This document shows, piece after piece, positions 14,289 through 24,692 of a stretch of 64,000 bases of DNA (position 1 is its first letter; the number at the start of each line of letters is the position of its first letter). The stretch comes from Myxococcota bacterium. GTDB taxonomy: Bacteria > Myxococcota_A > UBA9160 > UBA6930. The notes under the pieces are model-generated. The model saw only the letters and a program-made list of their open reading frames with translations. It made no database searches and was not told the origin of the DNA. Location of the stretch: positions 448,001 to 512,000 of the forward strand of contig OZ245002.1 of the NCBI GenBank assembly GCA_965223415.1. Reading direction: 5' to 3'. The position numbers were made by a program, and so were the translations under genes.

Positions 14289-14501
14289 TCAGCCCAGCTT
14301 GGCGCGGGCCTTGTCGATGTCGCCGTCCATGATCGTCTTGCGCTTGTCGGCGATGGCCGAGGCGTGGGCTTCGCGCGCGAGCCGCGCGAGGTAGTCCTCG
14401 GTCGCATCGACGGCACGCTCGATCGCCGAGCCGGAAACCCGGAGCCCCTCTCCGTGCTTGGCGATGAGTCGCTTCACGACCGCGTTGGGCAGGTCAGCCA
14501 T
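14289..14501 (-). CDS. Histone-fold protein, archaeal HMf-like
   Basis: 70 aa: DLPNAVVKRLI (alpha1), RVS (L1), long alpha2, RKTIMDGDI (L2, RKTxxxxD), intact alpha3; SD AGGAGGG 4 nt upstream of ATG. Confidence 0.88.
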   Translation of the reverse strand: MADLPNAVVKRLIAKHGEGLRVSGSAIERAVDATEDYLARLAREAHASAIADKRKTIMDGDIDKARAKLG

Positions 14502-14533
14502 GCGTCCCTCCTGGCCTGGTGTGCGTTGCCAAG

Positions 14534-14563
14534 AAACTACGAGCGGCCGGGGAGGAATGCCAA
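14534..14563 (-). promoter_or_regulatory. Candidate promoter of the histone gene
   Basis: TTGGCA-18 nt-TAGTTT on the minus strand. Confidence 0.5.
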
Positions 14564-14588
14564 CCCCGCCAAGCGTGGCGTTTCACCC

Positions 14589-15809
14589 TCATGCGTTCCG
14601 AGCGGCATCCTCGGCGGCGCGCACGATCTCGGCGAGGGGCCGATCGGCCCGGCGCGCCGCGCGCTTGCAGTCGTCGTACTCGGCAGAGACCTGGGTGCTC
14701 CCGTCCGGCGCCGTCACGTACTTCACCCGGATGGAGCCGAAGGGCGTGTCCACGGAGCGCACCTCCCGGGGCAGGACCAGGCGATCGGCCTCCACGCTGC
14801 GCACCCCCAGGCTCCCGGTCACCGCGAGCAGGCGGCTCGCCAGCGGGACGCGGCGGGCGGGCGTGGTGAGCACCCGCAGCAGGAAGCCGGGCCGGTTCTT
14901 CTTCGTCTGCACGTACTGCAGGGAGACGTCCAGGGCGCCGGCGGCGAGGAGCTCGTCCATCACGTGATCGAAGTGCTCGGGCACGAGGTCGTCGAGGTTG
15001 GCTTCGAGGCACACCACCCGGTCCGCTCCGCCGCCGCTCTCGCGTCCGACGACGACGCGCAGCACGTTGGGCAGTGGCCCTTTGCGGTCGTTGCCCGCAC
15101 CGTGACCGATCGACTCGACGGTCATGGCGGGCAGGCCCGTGAACTCGTCCGCCAGCGTGCGCAGGATCGCGGCGCCGGTGGGCGTCACCGTCTCCCACCG
15201 AACGTGGGCCGGCACCGTCGGCACGCCCCGCAGCAGCTCGAAGGTCGCGGGGGCCGGGAGCGGCAGGCGGCCGTGCTCGGTCTCGACGGTGCCCTCGCCC
15301 AGGGCGACGGGCCCGACCGTAACCCGCTCGATCGCCATGGCGTGGACGGCGATCGCCGCGCCGGCGATGTCCACGATGGCGTCCACCGCGCCGACCTCGT
15401 GGAAGTGGACCTTCTCGACGGGAATGCCGTGCACCCGTGCCTCGGCCTCCGCCAAGGCCGCGAAGATCGCCTGGGCGCGGTCGCGCACGGCGGCCTCGAG
15501 CTTGGCCGCATCGAGGAGCCGGCGGATCGCGGCGTAGTGCCGGTGGTGGTGGTGACCGTGGCCGCCCTTCGCCCGGGGCTTCGGCACCTTCACGTCGACG
15601 TAGGGCGCCGCCAGGGCGCCGCGCTTCACCTTCTTCACGACCAGTCGGTGCGCGACGCCGAGCCCGGCGAGCCCTTCGCCGAGCTTCCGGCGCGGCAGCC
15701 CGGCATCGAGCATCGCGCCGAGGAACATGTTGCCGGCGGTCCCCGAGAAGGGGTCGAGATGGAGGACGCGCCGGCCCGCCACCGGTGCACCGGTCTTGCG
15801 CCGCGCCAC
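14589..15809 (-). CDS. larC: Nickel pincer cofactor nickel insertase LarC
   Basis: DPFSGTAGNMFLGA, His-rich GHGHHHHRH, VHFHEVGAVDAIVD, TPTGAAIL, EANLDD, AEYDDC. Confidence 0.92.
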   Translation of the reverse strand: MARRKTGAPVAGRRVLHLDPFSGTAGNMFLGAMLDAGLPRRKLGEGLAGLGVAHRLVVKKVKRGALAAPYVDVKVPKPRAKGGHGHHHHRHYAAIRRLLDAAKLEAAVRDRAQAIFAALAEAEARVHGIPVEKVHFHEVGAVDAIVDIAGAAIAVHAMAIERVTVGPVALGEGTVETEHGRLPLPAPATFELLRGVPTVPAHVRWETVTPTGAAILRTLADEFTGLPAMTVESIGHGAGNDRKGPLPNVLRVVVGRESGGGADRVVCLEANLDDLVPEHFDHVMDELLAAGALDVSLQYVQTKKNRPGFLLRVLTTPARRVPLASRLLAVTGSLGVRSVEADRLVLPREVRSVDTPFGSIRVKYVTAPDGSTQVSAEYDDCKRAARRADRPLAEIVRAAEDAARNA

Positions 15810-15811
15810 GC

Positions 15812-16567
15812 TCAGAGCCGATTGATCAGGGTCGCCACCGTGGCGGCGCCGAAGCCGTTGTCGATGTTCACCACGGTCACGTTCGATGCGCAGCTGTTGA
15901 GCATCGCGAGCAGCGCGGCGATCCCACCGAAGGAGGCGCCATAGCCGACGCTCGTCGGCACGGCGATCACCGGCTTGTCGACCAGGCCACCGACCACCGA
16001 GGCGAGAGCGCCCTCCATGCCGGCGACGGCGACGACCACCCGTGCGCTGCGCAGAAGCCGGCTCTCGGCCAGGAGGCGGTGCAGCCCGGCCACGCCGACG
16101 TCGGCGAGGAGCTCCACCTTGTTGCCGAAGCGCCGGGCCACGCTGGCCGCCTCCCGCGCCACGGGCAGGTCAGAGGTGCCCGCACAGACCACGGCGATCG
16201 TGCCCTTGCCCTGGATCTCCACCTCGGCCGGGCCGTACCAGAGGAGCCGGGCGTCCGGGTCGTACTCGCCGCCGGGCAGGAGGGCGAGCACCTCCTCCGC
16301 CGCGTCGGGCTCGATGCGGGTGGCGAGCGCCGATTGGCCGGCCTGGGTGAGAGTGCGGGCGATCTCGGCGACCTCCGCGGCCCGCTTGCCCTGGCCGAAG
16401 ATCACCTCGGGCAGCCCCTGCCGCAGGGCCCGGTGCACGTCGACCCGCCCGGCCCCGGACGGCGTCTCGATGATCGGCGGGTGGGCGAGCGCCTCGAGGG
16501 CCTCGTCCGTGTCCAGCTCTCCGCGCCGAACCGCCTCGAGCAGGGCGCGCGCGCGTTCTCGCTCCAT
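15812..16567 (-). CDS. larB: Nickel pincer cofactor biosynthesis protein LarB
   Basis: PEVIFGQGK, AGTSDLPVA, DVGVAGLHR, PTSVGYG, VNIDNGFGAA. Confidence 0.93.
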   Translation of the reverse strand: MERERARALLEAVRRGELDTDEALEALAHPPIIETPSGAGRVDVHRALRQGLPEVIFGQGKRAAEVAEIARTLTQAGQSALATRIEPDAAEEVLALLPGGEYDPDARLLWYGPAEVEIQGKGTIAVVCAGTSDLPVAREAASVARRFGNKVELLADVGVAGLHRLLAESRLLRSARVVVAVAGMEGALASVVGGLVDKPVIAVPTSVGYGASFGGIAALLAMLNSCASNVTVVNIDNGFGAATVATLINRL

Positions 16568-16588
16568 CCAAGCAACGTTAGCCGAGAT

Positions 16589-16661
16589 GTGAGACAAGGG
16601 GACGTTCCTTTCTGTCTCACGGCTTTGCCGTGAGACAGAAAGGAACGTCCCCTTGTCTCAC
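16589..16661. repeat. REPIN-like palindrome, family A, copy 1
   Basis: Perfect 35-nt arms GTGAGACAAGGGGACGTTCCTTTCTGTCTCACGGC with loop TTT. Confidence 0.92.
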
Positions 16662-17240
16662 TCAGTCGACGAGGCGGTCTGGCACGTAGACGAGCAGGCC
16701 GTGGATCTCGCCGTCTCGGTCGGCGATCTCGGTCTCGATGCGCAGGGCGGCCGGGGCGGCGTGGGGTGTGAGGCGCTCGGCCAGGACGGCGCCGGCGTCG
16801 CGGAGGACCAGGTCGGGCACCGAAGGCAGCACCACCGCGCCGGTGGTCTCGCCGATGGACGAGGCGACGTGGGAGACGAGGATGTTGCCCAGCTCGCGGA
16901 GCGCGGATTCGGCCATCTCCCGGTCGACGGGGCGCCCGCCGGTCAGCATGTCGACCAGCCGGTCGCGGACGTCGCCGGGGAAGATCAGGGCGAGGTAGCC
17001 ACCGGGCCCGCCGTGGAGCTCGAAGAAGACGCCCATGCGATCGGGGCCCTCGGCGTCCGCCACGATGAAGGGCTCGGCGAGACGCTGGGCAGTGAGGACC
17101 CGCACCGTCGGGACCCGCATGGAGCAGGGGCGTCCGGTCATCGCAGCGAGCGCGTTGGCGGCGTGGCCGGCGCCGATGCTGGTGAGCTCGCGGATGCGAT
17201 CCACCTGGGTCTCGTCGAGCTGCTGGGAGAGGTCGGTCAT
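16662..17240 (-). CDS. cheC: CheC-family phosphatase (DifG-like)
   Basis: ELTSIGAGHAANAL and ELGNIL motifs; last gene of the che cluster. Confidence 0.85.
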   Translation of the reverse strand: MTDLSQQLDETQVDRIRELTSIGAGHAANALAAMTGRPCSMRVPTVRVLTAQRLAEPFIVADAEGPDRMGVFFELHGGPGGYLALIFPGDVRDRLVDMLTGGRPVDREMAESALRELGNILVSHVASSIGETTGAVVLPSVPDLVLRDAGAVLAERLTPHAAPAALRIETEIADRDGEIHGLLVYVPDRLVD

Positions 17241-18909
17241 GCCAGCTGGTTCACGTCGAGGAGGAACACGGGACAGCCGTCGCCGAGGACCGTCAGGCCG
17301 GCGAGCAGACGCGCGCTGGCCAGGAGCCGCGGCACGGGCTTGACGTAGATCTCCTGCTGGCCGGCCAGGTGCCCGACGCGCAGGCCGACGCGTTCGCCCC
17401 GGACCTCGGCCAGCACGAGGGGGCTCGTGCCGCCGTCCTCCTCATGGGTCGGGAAGCCGATGCGGCGGGCGAGGTCGAGCACCAGCACCGGCTCGTCCTC
17501 CACCAGGCAGAACTGCTCGCTGCCGGCCACCTCGATGGCGTCGGCGGCGACCTCGACCACGCGCTCGACCTTCGCGATCGGCACCGCCACGGTCTGGCCG
17601 CCAGCGCCGACCAGCAGCACGCGCTGGACGGCGGCGGTAATCGGCACGACGAGGGCGGTCGTCGTGCCCAAGCCGGGGCGGGAGCGCAGCTCGACCCGTC
17701 CGCCGAGGGCCTCGATGGTCGCCTTCACCGCGTCCATGCCGACGCCGCGCCCGGACACCGTCGACACCTCGGCCGCGGTGCTGACCCCGGGCCGGAACAC
17801 GAGCGAGGCGATCTCGTCCGGCGGGAGATCGTCGGCCAGGTCCTCGTGGAGCACGCCGGCGTCGATCGCGCGGCGCTTCACCGAAGCGAGATCGATGCCG
17901 CGGCCGTCGTCCTCCACCGAGATCAGCACCTGGTCCTTCTCCCGCCGGGCCTCGACCACGACCCGGCCCGAGGGCGGCTTGCCCACCTCCCGGCGCGCCT
18001 CCGGCTCCTCGAGCCCGTGGTCGACGGCGTTGCGGACCAGGTGGACCAGGGGATCGCCGAGCCGATCGAGAATCGCCCGGTCCAGCTCGAGCTCGGCACC
18101 CCGGAGCTCGACGTCGACTTCCTTGCCGGTGGACCGCGCGATCTCCCGGGCCATGCGCGGCAGCGCATCCATCACGCGCAGGAGCGGAGCCGTGCGAAGC
18201 GAGAGGGCGCGGCGCTGGAGATCGCCGACCACCCGCTCCATGCGATCGAAGCCGGCGCCGAGGGTGGGGGCCATCGCCGAGTCGCCCGTACCCTCCGCCG
18301 TCGAACGCAGATGACTCGAGCTCAGGATCACCTCGCCCACAGAGGCGAGGAAGCGGTCCAGGGTCTCCGTGCGTACCCGGACCGAAGGCGGCGGCGCGCT
18401 CGAGATGACCGGGGTGGGTGCACCCGCCGCAGCTCCCGCCCCGGCCTCGGGCGCTACGACGTCGCCGCTTTTTTTGGGTCCGGCTCCGGCGGCAGCTCCG
18501 ATGCGGGAGCGATCTCCGATTCCTGCGCCGGGTCGACCGCCGCGCCGAGCCTGTCCAGGAGCTCCGGGTCGGGCGGAGAGGGCTCGCCCTGGGCGCGGAT
18601 CGCCCCGACCATCGCCTCGAGGCCCTCGAGACCCGCGAAGAGCAGCGCCGTGCCGGCCTCGCCCGCCGGCACGACACCGGCGGCGCGGAAGCGATCCATC
18701 ACGTCCTCGAGCTTGTGGGCGAGCTCGGTGATGGCGTCGTAGCCGAGGGATCCCGCCATGCCCTTGATGGAGTGGGCCATGCGGAACACCTCGTCGATCG
18801 CTTCGCCGTCGCCGGGCGCCTTCTCGAGGACGAGGAGCGCCCTGCTCATCTCGGCGAGATGATCCGTCGCCTCTTCGAGGAAGAGCGCCCGGTACTTGGC
18901 CAGGTCCAA
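17237..18909 (-). CDS. cheA: CheA histidine kinase (DifE-like), split by a -1 frame change at an A7 run (18469-18475)
   Basis: Hpt domain (FRMAHSIKGMA) in 18454..18909; dimerisation, HATPase (HLVRNAVDHG, SGRGVGMD) and CheW domains in the -1 frame. Confidence 0.9.
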
Positions 18910-18948
18910 GGCTCAGCTCCCTTTGCCGTCCGTCTTGGGGCCCAAGGC

Positions 18949-19317
18949 CTAGCCTTCCTTCTCGAGCACCTTGGCGAGCGTCGTGAGCACGGCGTCGGGC
19001 TTGAAGGGCTTCACGATGAAGTCCTTGGCGCCGGCCTGGATCGCCTCCATGACCAAAGTCTCCTGCCCCAGCGCACTGCACATCACCACCGTGGCGCCGG
19101 GATCCTCTGCCTTGATGGCCTTCACCGCGTCGATGCCCGAGCGCTTGGGCATGACGATGTCCATCATGACCAGGTCGGGACGCAGCTCCAGGAACTTCTC
19201 CACGACTTCGACGCCGTCGGACGCTTCGCCCACCACCTCATAGCCTTCGGGCTCGATGATGTCGCGAATCATCTGCCGCATGAAGGACGCGTCGTCGGCA
19301 ACCAGAACCCTCTTCAT
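18949..19317 (-). CDS. cheY: CheY-like response regulator (DifD-like)
   Basis: MKRVLVADD...MMDIVMP...FIVKPF. Confidence 0.93.
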   Translation of the reverse strand: MKRVLVADDASFMRQMIRDIIEPEGYEVVGEASDGVEVVEKFLELRPDLVMMDIVMPKRSGIDAVKAIKAEDPGATVVMCSALGQETLVMEAIQAGAKDFIVKPFKPDAVLTTLAKVLEKEG

Positions 19318-19814
19318 GTCGTTCCCCCGTGGGTTGGCTCGCTGGCGCCATTCGCCACCGAGTTCGAGATCACTTCCGCCGCCCGCTCGAGCAGGCGTTT
19401 CGGATCCAGCACGCTGACCATCCGCCCGTCGAGAGGGCGGCGCTCCGCCACCGGGTCCGCCTCCAGGGCGTGAGCCGGCGGCCCGTCGATCAGCCCCAGG
19501 ATGCGGTCCACCGGCACGCCGTAGCGGTCCGGGTCGTCCGGATCCTTGGCCAGGATCAGGAGCGGCCGTTCGATCGGGTAGCGCGAGCGATGCGCACCGA
19601 AGAGCGCGTCGCCGAAGACGATGGGCACGGCGTCGCCGTGGTGGTTCACGACGCCGCCCACCCGATGGTGCACCATCGGCACCGAGGCGAGCTGGTCGAG
19701 CTCGGCCACCTCGGCGACGTCGGCGATGGGCAGGGCGTAGAGGGCATCGCACAGCTCGAAGGCGAGCAGGCGCTCGCTGAGCTCCATGGGAGGGATCTGG
19801 GGGGGCGCGCTCAC
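19314..19814 (-). CDS. cheW: CheW-like coupling protein (DifC-like)
   Basis: [36 protein letters not shown]; lies between the MCP and cheY. Confidence 0.78.
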   Translation of the reverse strand: MSAPPQIPPMELSERLLAFELCDALYALPIADVAEVAELDQLASVPMVHHRVGGVVNHHGDAVPIVFGDALFGAHRSRYPIERPLLILAKDPDDPDRYGVPVDRILGLIDGPPAHALEADPVAERRPLDGRMVSVLDPKRLLERAAEVISNSVANGASEPTHGGTT

Positions 19815-21112
19815 GAGGCGTCCGGGTCCGAGCCAGTGCGGAAGCGCCCGACCATTCCGGTGAGATCGCCGGACAGCTCCGCGAGGGAAGCCGAGGCTTC
19901 GGTCATCTCGCCGACGGCCTCCTGCTGGCGATGGGCCAGCTCGGCCACCTCCTCCACCGCGGACGCGTTCGCCAGGGAGACCTTCGCCACCTCGTCCATC
20001 GACTCGACCATGGTCTCGGCGTCGCGGGCCTGGTCGTCGGCCTGCTGGAAGATCTCCTCGGCGCGGCCGGCGGCCTCCCCCACGGCGGAGCGGATCTGCT
20101 CCAGGGAGGCGGCGATCGTGTTCACGTCCTCGCGGCCCTCGGAGATCATCTGGCCGGATTCGCGCATCTCGTCGGCCACGCTCTGGGTATCGGTCTCGAT
20201 CTCGCCGACGAGCTTCGAGATCTCCTCCGCGCTGCGGGCGGCGCTCTCGGCGAGCTTGCGGATCTCGTCGGCGACCACCGCGAAGCCGCGCCCGGCCTCA
20301 CCGGCCCGCGCCGCCTCGATCGAGGCGTTCAGGGAGAGGAGGTTGGTGCGCGACGCCACGCTCGTGATGATCTCGGTGATCTGGTGCACGTGCCGGGTCT
20401 TGGCTTCGAGCTGGAAGACGTTGCCCCCCGAGTGCTCCACGCGCTCGAACACGCTGCGCATCTTCTCGATCGCGAGCCGGGACACGTCGACGCCGGCGTT
20501 GGCCTTCTGGTTCGCCTCGGCAGCGAAGCCGAAGGCCTCGCGCGCGCGTGAGGCGTTCACCTCGATGGCCGACGCGATGTGATGGATCAGGCGCGTCACG
20601 TCGCCGAGCAGCTTCTGCTGCTGGCTGGCGCCCTTGGAGATCTCGGACAGCGTGGAGGTCATGTCTTCGGCCGAGGTGTGAACGCCGTTCACGGCGCCGC
20701 GCAGGGTGTCGACGCCGCGATGCACCTGCTCGGCGTTGTGCTGGATGCCAGCCATCACCTCGCCGAGAGCGCGCACGGATTGCGCCATGTTGCGGGCGAG
20801 CTCGCTGCTCTCGTCCGGGAAACGGCCGGCGGGAACCTGGGGGAACTCGCGCAGATCCCCGGCGACGATGCGCTCGGACAGCTCCAGCACCGGACGGTAG
20901 CCGCCGGCGATGCGCGCCGAGAGGCGCCACGCCAGCACCCCGCCCGCTCCCAACGCGAGGAACGGACGCGCCCACGGCGCCATGGGAATGCCGCCCTGCT
21001 GGACCAGCCAGGGGATGAGCAGCACGACCCCCGCGACCAGCATCGAGCCGATCGCGACCTTGTGCGAGAGGGAGAGCCTCACACCCCCGGGTATCGGCCT
21101 CCCCGCGCGCAT
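19811..21112 (-). CDS. Methyl-accepting chemotaxis protein (DifA-like, almost no periplasmic domain)
   Basis: Two closely spaced TMs; [35 protein letters not shown]; exact start uncertain. Confidence 0.92.
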   Translation of the reverse strand: MRAGRPIPGGVRLSLSHKVAIGSMLVAGVVLLIPWLVQQGGIPMAPWARPFLALGAGGVLAWRLSARIAGGYRPVLELSERIVAGDLREFPQVPAGRFPDESSELARNMAQSVRALGEVMAGIQHNAEQVHRGVDTLRGAVNGVHTSAEDMTSTLSEISKGASQQQKLLGDVTRLIHHIASAIEVNASRAREAFGFAAEANQKANAGVDVSRLAIEKMRSVFERVEHSGGNVFQLEAKTRHVHQITEIITSVASRTNLLSLNASIEAARAGEAGRGFAVVADEIRKLAESAARSAEEISKLVGEIETDTQSVADEMRESGQMISEGREDVNTIAASLEQIRSAVGEAAGRAEEIFQQADDQARDAETMVESMDEVAKVSLANASAVEEVAELAHRQQEAVGEMTEASASLAELSGDLTGMVGRFRTGSDPDAS

Positions 21113-21211
21113 TCTTGACGTGCCCCTGGCCCGAAAACCCCAGACGGATCGCGGCCCTTTCGCTTCTCGGGCCCCGTCGGACGGGCCCCCTTCGCACGGC
21201 GTCCGCTGGGA

Positions 21212-22153
21212 TCAGAAGTGCTGCCAGCCGGCGCGTTCCGGGTCGGGCCCGCGGGCGCCGACGAGCTCGAGGCCCCCTCGGGCGAGGACGCCGACCGGCG
21301 TCAGCGGCTCGCTCGCCCGCATCTCCGGCGGCAGCACGACGGGAGCGGAACCCCGCACGCTGAACAGGAGTTCGTAGTCCTCCCCGCCCCCGAGCAGGAG
21401 CGATTCCGCATCCACGCCAGCGCCCTTGCAGGCCCGGTCGAATCCGGCCGGGCGCGGCAGCGCCCCGACGTCGAGACGGGCGCCGGCGTCGGAGGCCCGG
21501 CACAGATGGGCGAGGTCAGCGAGCACGCCGTCCGAGACGTCGATGCAGGCGCTGACGCGCCCGGTCCAGGCCAGCGCGCGGCCCAGGGCGATGCGCGGCA
21601 CCGGCACGTGCTGCACCCGGCCCTGCACGCGCTCGAGGGCCGACCGGCCGAGGGTGCCGGAGACGTAGAGGCGATCGCCGGGACGACCGCCGGCCCGCCG
21701 CAGGGCCCGGCCGCGGGTCACGGCGCCGAGGGCGGTGAGGTGGAGCTCGAGGCCAGGGCCCGCCGCGACGTTGCCGCCGACGAGCGGACAGGCGTGCTCG
21801 GCCGCCACCTCCAGGGCGCCGCCCACCAGGGCGAGCAGCACCTCGACCTCCCGCTCTGGGGCGGCCGATAGCGAGAGGGTGAAGCCGAGCGGCCTGGCCC
21901 CCATCGCCGCCAGGTCCGAGAGGGTCGCGGCCAGGGCCCGCCCCCCGGCCGTGGCCGGCGTCTCGTGGTCGAAGCGGAAGTGCACGCCTTCGACGAAGGC
22001 ATCGGCCGTGACCGCCACGTCCTCGCCGGTCCTGGCTCGAAGCAGCGCCGCATCGTCGCCGATGCCCAGGGCCACCCCGCCCCCGCGGACGCGCCGGGCC
22101 TCGCGCTCGATGCGCTCGATCAGCCCGAACTCTCCCAGCTCCCGCAGCTCCAC
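21212..22153 (-). CDS. thiL: Thiamine-monophosphate kinase
   Basis: GEFGLIERI, GIGDDAA, SDLAAMGA, DVSDG, GGEDYEL. Confidence 0.95.
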   Translation of the reverse strand: MELRELGEFGLIERIEREARRVRGGGVALGIGDDAALLRARTGEDVAVTADAFVEGVHFRFDHETPATAGGRALAATLSDLAAMGARPLGFTLSLSAAPEREVEVLLALVGGALEVAAEHACPLVGGNVAAGPGLELHLTALGAVTRGRALRRAGGRPGDRLYVSGTLGRSALERVQGRVQHVPVPRIALGRALAWTGRVSACIDVSDGVLADLAHLCRASDAGARLDVGALPRPAGFDRACKGAGVDAESLLLGGGEDYELLFSVRGSAPVVLPPEMRASEPLTPVGVLARGGLELVGARGPDPERAGWQHF

Positions 22154-22167
22154 CCCACGAGTGTAGG

Positions 22168-22240
22168 GCGAGACAAAGGGACGTTCCTTTCTGTCTCACG
22201 GCGGAGCCGTGAGACAGAAAGGAACGTCCCCTTGTCTCAC
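22168..22240. repeat. REPIN-like palindrome, family A, copy 2
   Basis: Same 73-nt palindrome with 2 substitutions in the left arm, loop GGA; contains the lon stop codon. Confidence 0.92.
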
Positions 22241-24660
22241 TGTCGGCGCGGCTTGGCGGTGGCGACGCTGCTTCGGCTGGTGCGGGTGCTGCCCCGGGGC
22301 ACGCTGCGCTTGGGGCGGGAGAGCGTTCCGTCGAGGGCCGCCTCGAGCACGTCGTCCATGTGGCTGGCGCCGATGAAGCGGATCCGCTTCGCCAGCTCGC
22401 CGGGAACCTCCCTCACGTCCGCCAGGTTGCGCTCCGGGAGGATCACGGTGGTGATGCCCGCTCGAAGCGCCGCCAGCGCCTTCTCCCGGATGCCGCCGAC
22501 GGGCAGGACCTTGCCGAGGAGGGTCACCTCCCCGGTCATGGCCACGTCCGGACGCACCGGCACGCCGCTCGCGAGGGACACGATCGCGGTCGCCATGGTC
22601 ACGCCCGCCGAGGGTCCGTCCTTGGGGATCGCGCCGGCGGGGACGTGGACGTGCACCTCCCTGCGCTCCAGACAGGAGGCCTCGAGGCCCAGCTCGGTCA
22701 CCTTCGAGCGCGCCCAGGTGAGGGCCGCGTGTCCCGACTCCTTCATCACCTCTCCGAGCTGGCCGGTCAGCACGAGCCCGCGGCCGCGAGTCACCGCGGC
22801 TTCGACCCGCAGCACGTCGCCGCCGGCCTCGGTCCAGGCGAGGCCGTTCGTCACGCCGATCTCGCCTTCGTTGTGCGGCTCGTCCGGAGCGTGGCGCGGC
22901 GGCCCGAGGAGCTTCGGCAGCGAACGCTTGTCGATGCGCATCGGCCGCTCGTCGCCTTCCGCCGCCCGACGCGCCGCCTTGCGGCACACCCCGGCGATCT
23001 GGCGCTCGAGAGCGCGCACACCGGCCTCGTAGGTGTAGTCGGTGACGATCCGCGAGAGGGCCGAGTCGGACCAGTGGATGCGATCCGCGGGCAGGCCCGC
23101 GTCTTCCACCTGCCGCGGCACCAGATAGGAGCGCGCGATCTCGAGCTTCTCTTCGGGCGTGTAGCCGGACACCCGGATCACCTCCATGCGATCGCGCAGG
23201 GGACCGGGAATCGACTCGAGCAGGTTCGCCGTCGCCACGAAGAAGACGCCGGAGAGATCGAAGGGCACGTTCAGGTAGTGGTCGCTGAACTTGCTGTTCT
23301 GCTCCGGATCGAGCACCTCGAGCAGGGAGGAAGAGGGATCCCCGCGGTAGTCGTTACCGAGCTTGTCGATCTCGTCGAGCATGAAGACCGGGTTGTTGGT
23401 CCCGGCCTGCTTCAGCCCCTGGATGATGCGCCCGGGCAGCGCGCCCACGTAGGTGCGGCGGTGGCCACGGATCTCCGCCTCGTCGCGCACGCCGCCCAGG
23501 GAGATGCGCACGAACTCGCGCCCCATGGCTCGCGCGATCGATCGGCCGAGGGAGGTCTTGCCGACACCCGGCGGCCCCACGAAGCAGAGGATCGAGCCCC
23601 GCGAATCGGCCCGCAGCTTACGCACACCGAGGAACTCGAGGATCCGGTCCTTGATTCCCTTCAGGTGCGCGTGGTCGCAATCCAGGATCTCGCGGGCGTG
23701 GGAGAGATCGAGGCGATCCGGCGAGGTGCGGGACCAGGGCAGGTCCGTCATCCACTCCAGGTAGCTGCGCACGACCTGGGCCTCGGGCCCGTCCGGATGC
23801 ATGCGTTCGAAGCGGCGAAGCTGCTTCATCGCCTCGTCGAGAGGCTCCGGCGGGAGGGCCGCTTCCTCGATCTTGAGCCGGTACTCGGCCGCCTCCTCCA
23901 TGCGCGGGTCCACCTCGCCGAGCTCGGCCTGGATCGCCCGCAGCTGCTCGCGCAGGTAGTGCTCGCGCTGGCCGCGGCTGATCTCCTCCTTGGCCTGGCT
24001 CTGGATCTCGGCCTGCATGGTCGTGACGTCGAGCTCCCGGCGGAGCAGGCGGTCGACCTTGCGCAGCCGCGAGATCGGATCGACGACCTCCAGCACCTCC
24101 TGGGCCTCGCCCAAGCGGAGCTTGAGGTTCGAGGCGACGAGGTCCGCCAGGCGGCCGGGCTCGTAGACGTTCGAGGTGATCGAGAGCACCTCCGGCGGGA
24201 GGTTCTTCAGGGGCAGCAGCTCCTCGACCCGGGTGCGCACGGTGCGCATCAGCGCCTCGGCCTCCACGCACCAGTCGCCCTCGCCTTCTTCCGGCAGCGC
24301 GGACACGGCGGCCCAGGTCGCGGGCTCGCTGTCCACGAAGGAATCGATGCGCGCCTTGGTGAGCCCCTGGACCAGCGCCTTCACGCGGCCGTCGGGCAGG
24401 CGCAGGATGCGCATGACCATCGCGACGGTGCCCACGCGATAGAGATCGTCCGCGTCCGGGTCCTCCACCTCCGCGTTGCGCTGGGCGGCGAGGAGTACGA
24501 GACGGTCGCCCGCGAGCGCGTCCTCCACCGCGGCGATGCTGCGCTCGCGCGAGACGAAGAGCGGCAGCACCATGTACGGGAAAACCACGAACTCGCGGAG
24601 CGGCAGCACCGGGAGCTCGTCGGGAATCCCGAAGTCGAAGGAGGAGGTGTCGTTCGCCAT
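22237..24660 (-). CDS. lon: ATP-dependent protease La
   Basis: LPVLPLR N-domain, [17 protein letters not shown] (Ser), GGIREK (Lys). Confidence 0.97.
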   Translation of the reverse strand: MANDTSSFDFGIPDELPVLPLREFVVFPYMVLPLFVSRERSIAAVEDALAGDRLVLLAAQRNAEVEDPDADDLYRVGTVAMVMRILRLPDGRVKALVQGLTKARIDSFVDSEPATWAAVSALPEEGEGDWCVEAEALMRTVRTRVEELLPLKNLPPEVLSITSNVYEPGRLADLVASNLKLRLGEAQEVLEVVDPISRLRKVDRLLRRELDVTTMQAEIQSQAKEEISRGQREHYLREQLRAIQAELGEVDPRMEEAAEYRLKIEEAALPPEPLDEAMKQLRRFERMHPDGPEAQVVRSYLEWMTDLPWSRTSPDRLDLSHAREILDCDHAHLKGIKDRILEFLGVRKLRADSRGSILCFVGPPGVGKTSLGRSIARAMGREFVRISLGGVRDEAEIRGHRRTYVGALPGRIIQGLKQAGTNNPVFMLDEIDKLGNDYRGDPSSSLLEVLDPEQNSKFSDHYLNVPFDLSGVFFVATANLLESIPGPLRDRMEVIRVSGYTPEEKLEIARSYLVPRQVEDAGLPADRIHWSDSALSRIVTDYTYEAGVRALERQIAGVCRKAARRAAEGDERPMRIDKRSLPKLLGPPRHAPDEPHNEGEIGVTNGLAWTEAGGDVLRVEAAVTRGRGLVLTGQLGEVMKESGHAALTWARSKVTELGLEASCLERREVHVHVPAGAIPKDGPSAGVTMATAIVSLASGVPVRPDVAMTGEVTLLGKVLPVGGIREKALAALRAGITTVILPERNLADVREVPGELAKRIRFIGASHMDDVLEAALDGTLSRPKRSVPRGSTRTSRSSVATAKPRRQ

Positions 24661-24692
24661 CCCGAAGCGTTTCGACCCTTCGGGGAACGCGC

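Noticed and set aside
16589..16661. Repeat families as CRISPR repeats
   Set aside because: Dispersed inverted doublets or head-to-tail units with no spacers and no cas genes
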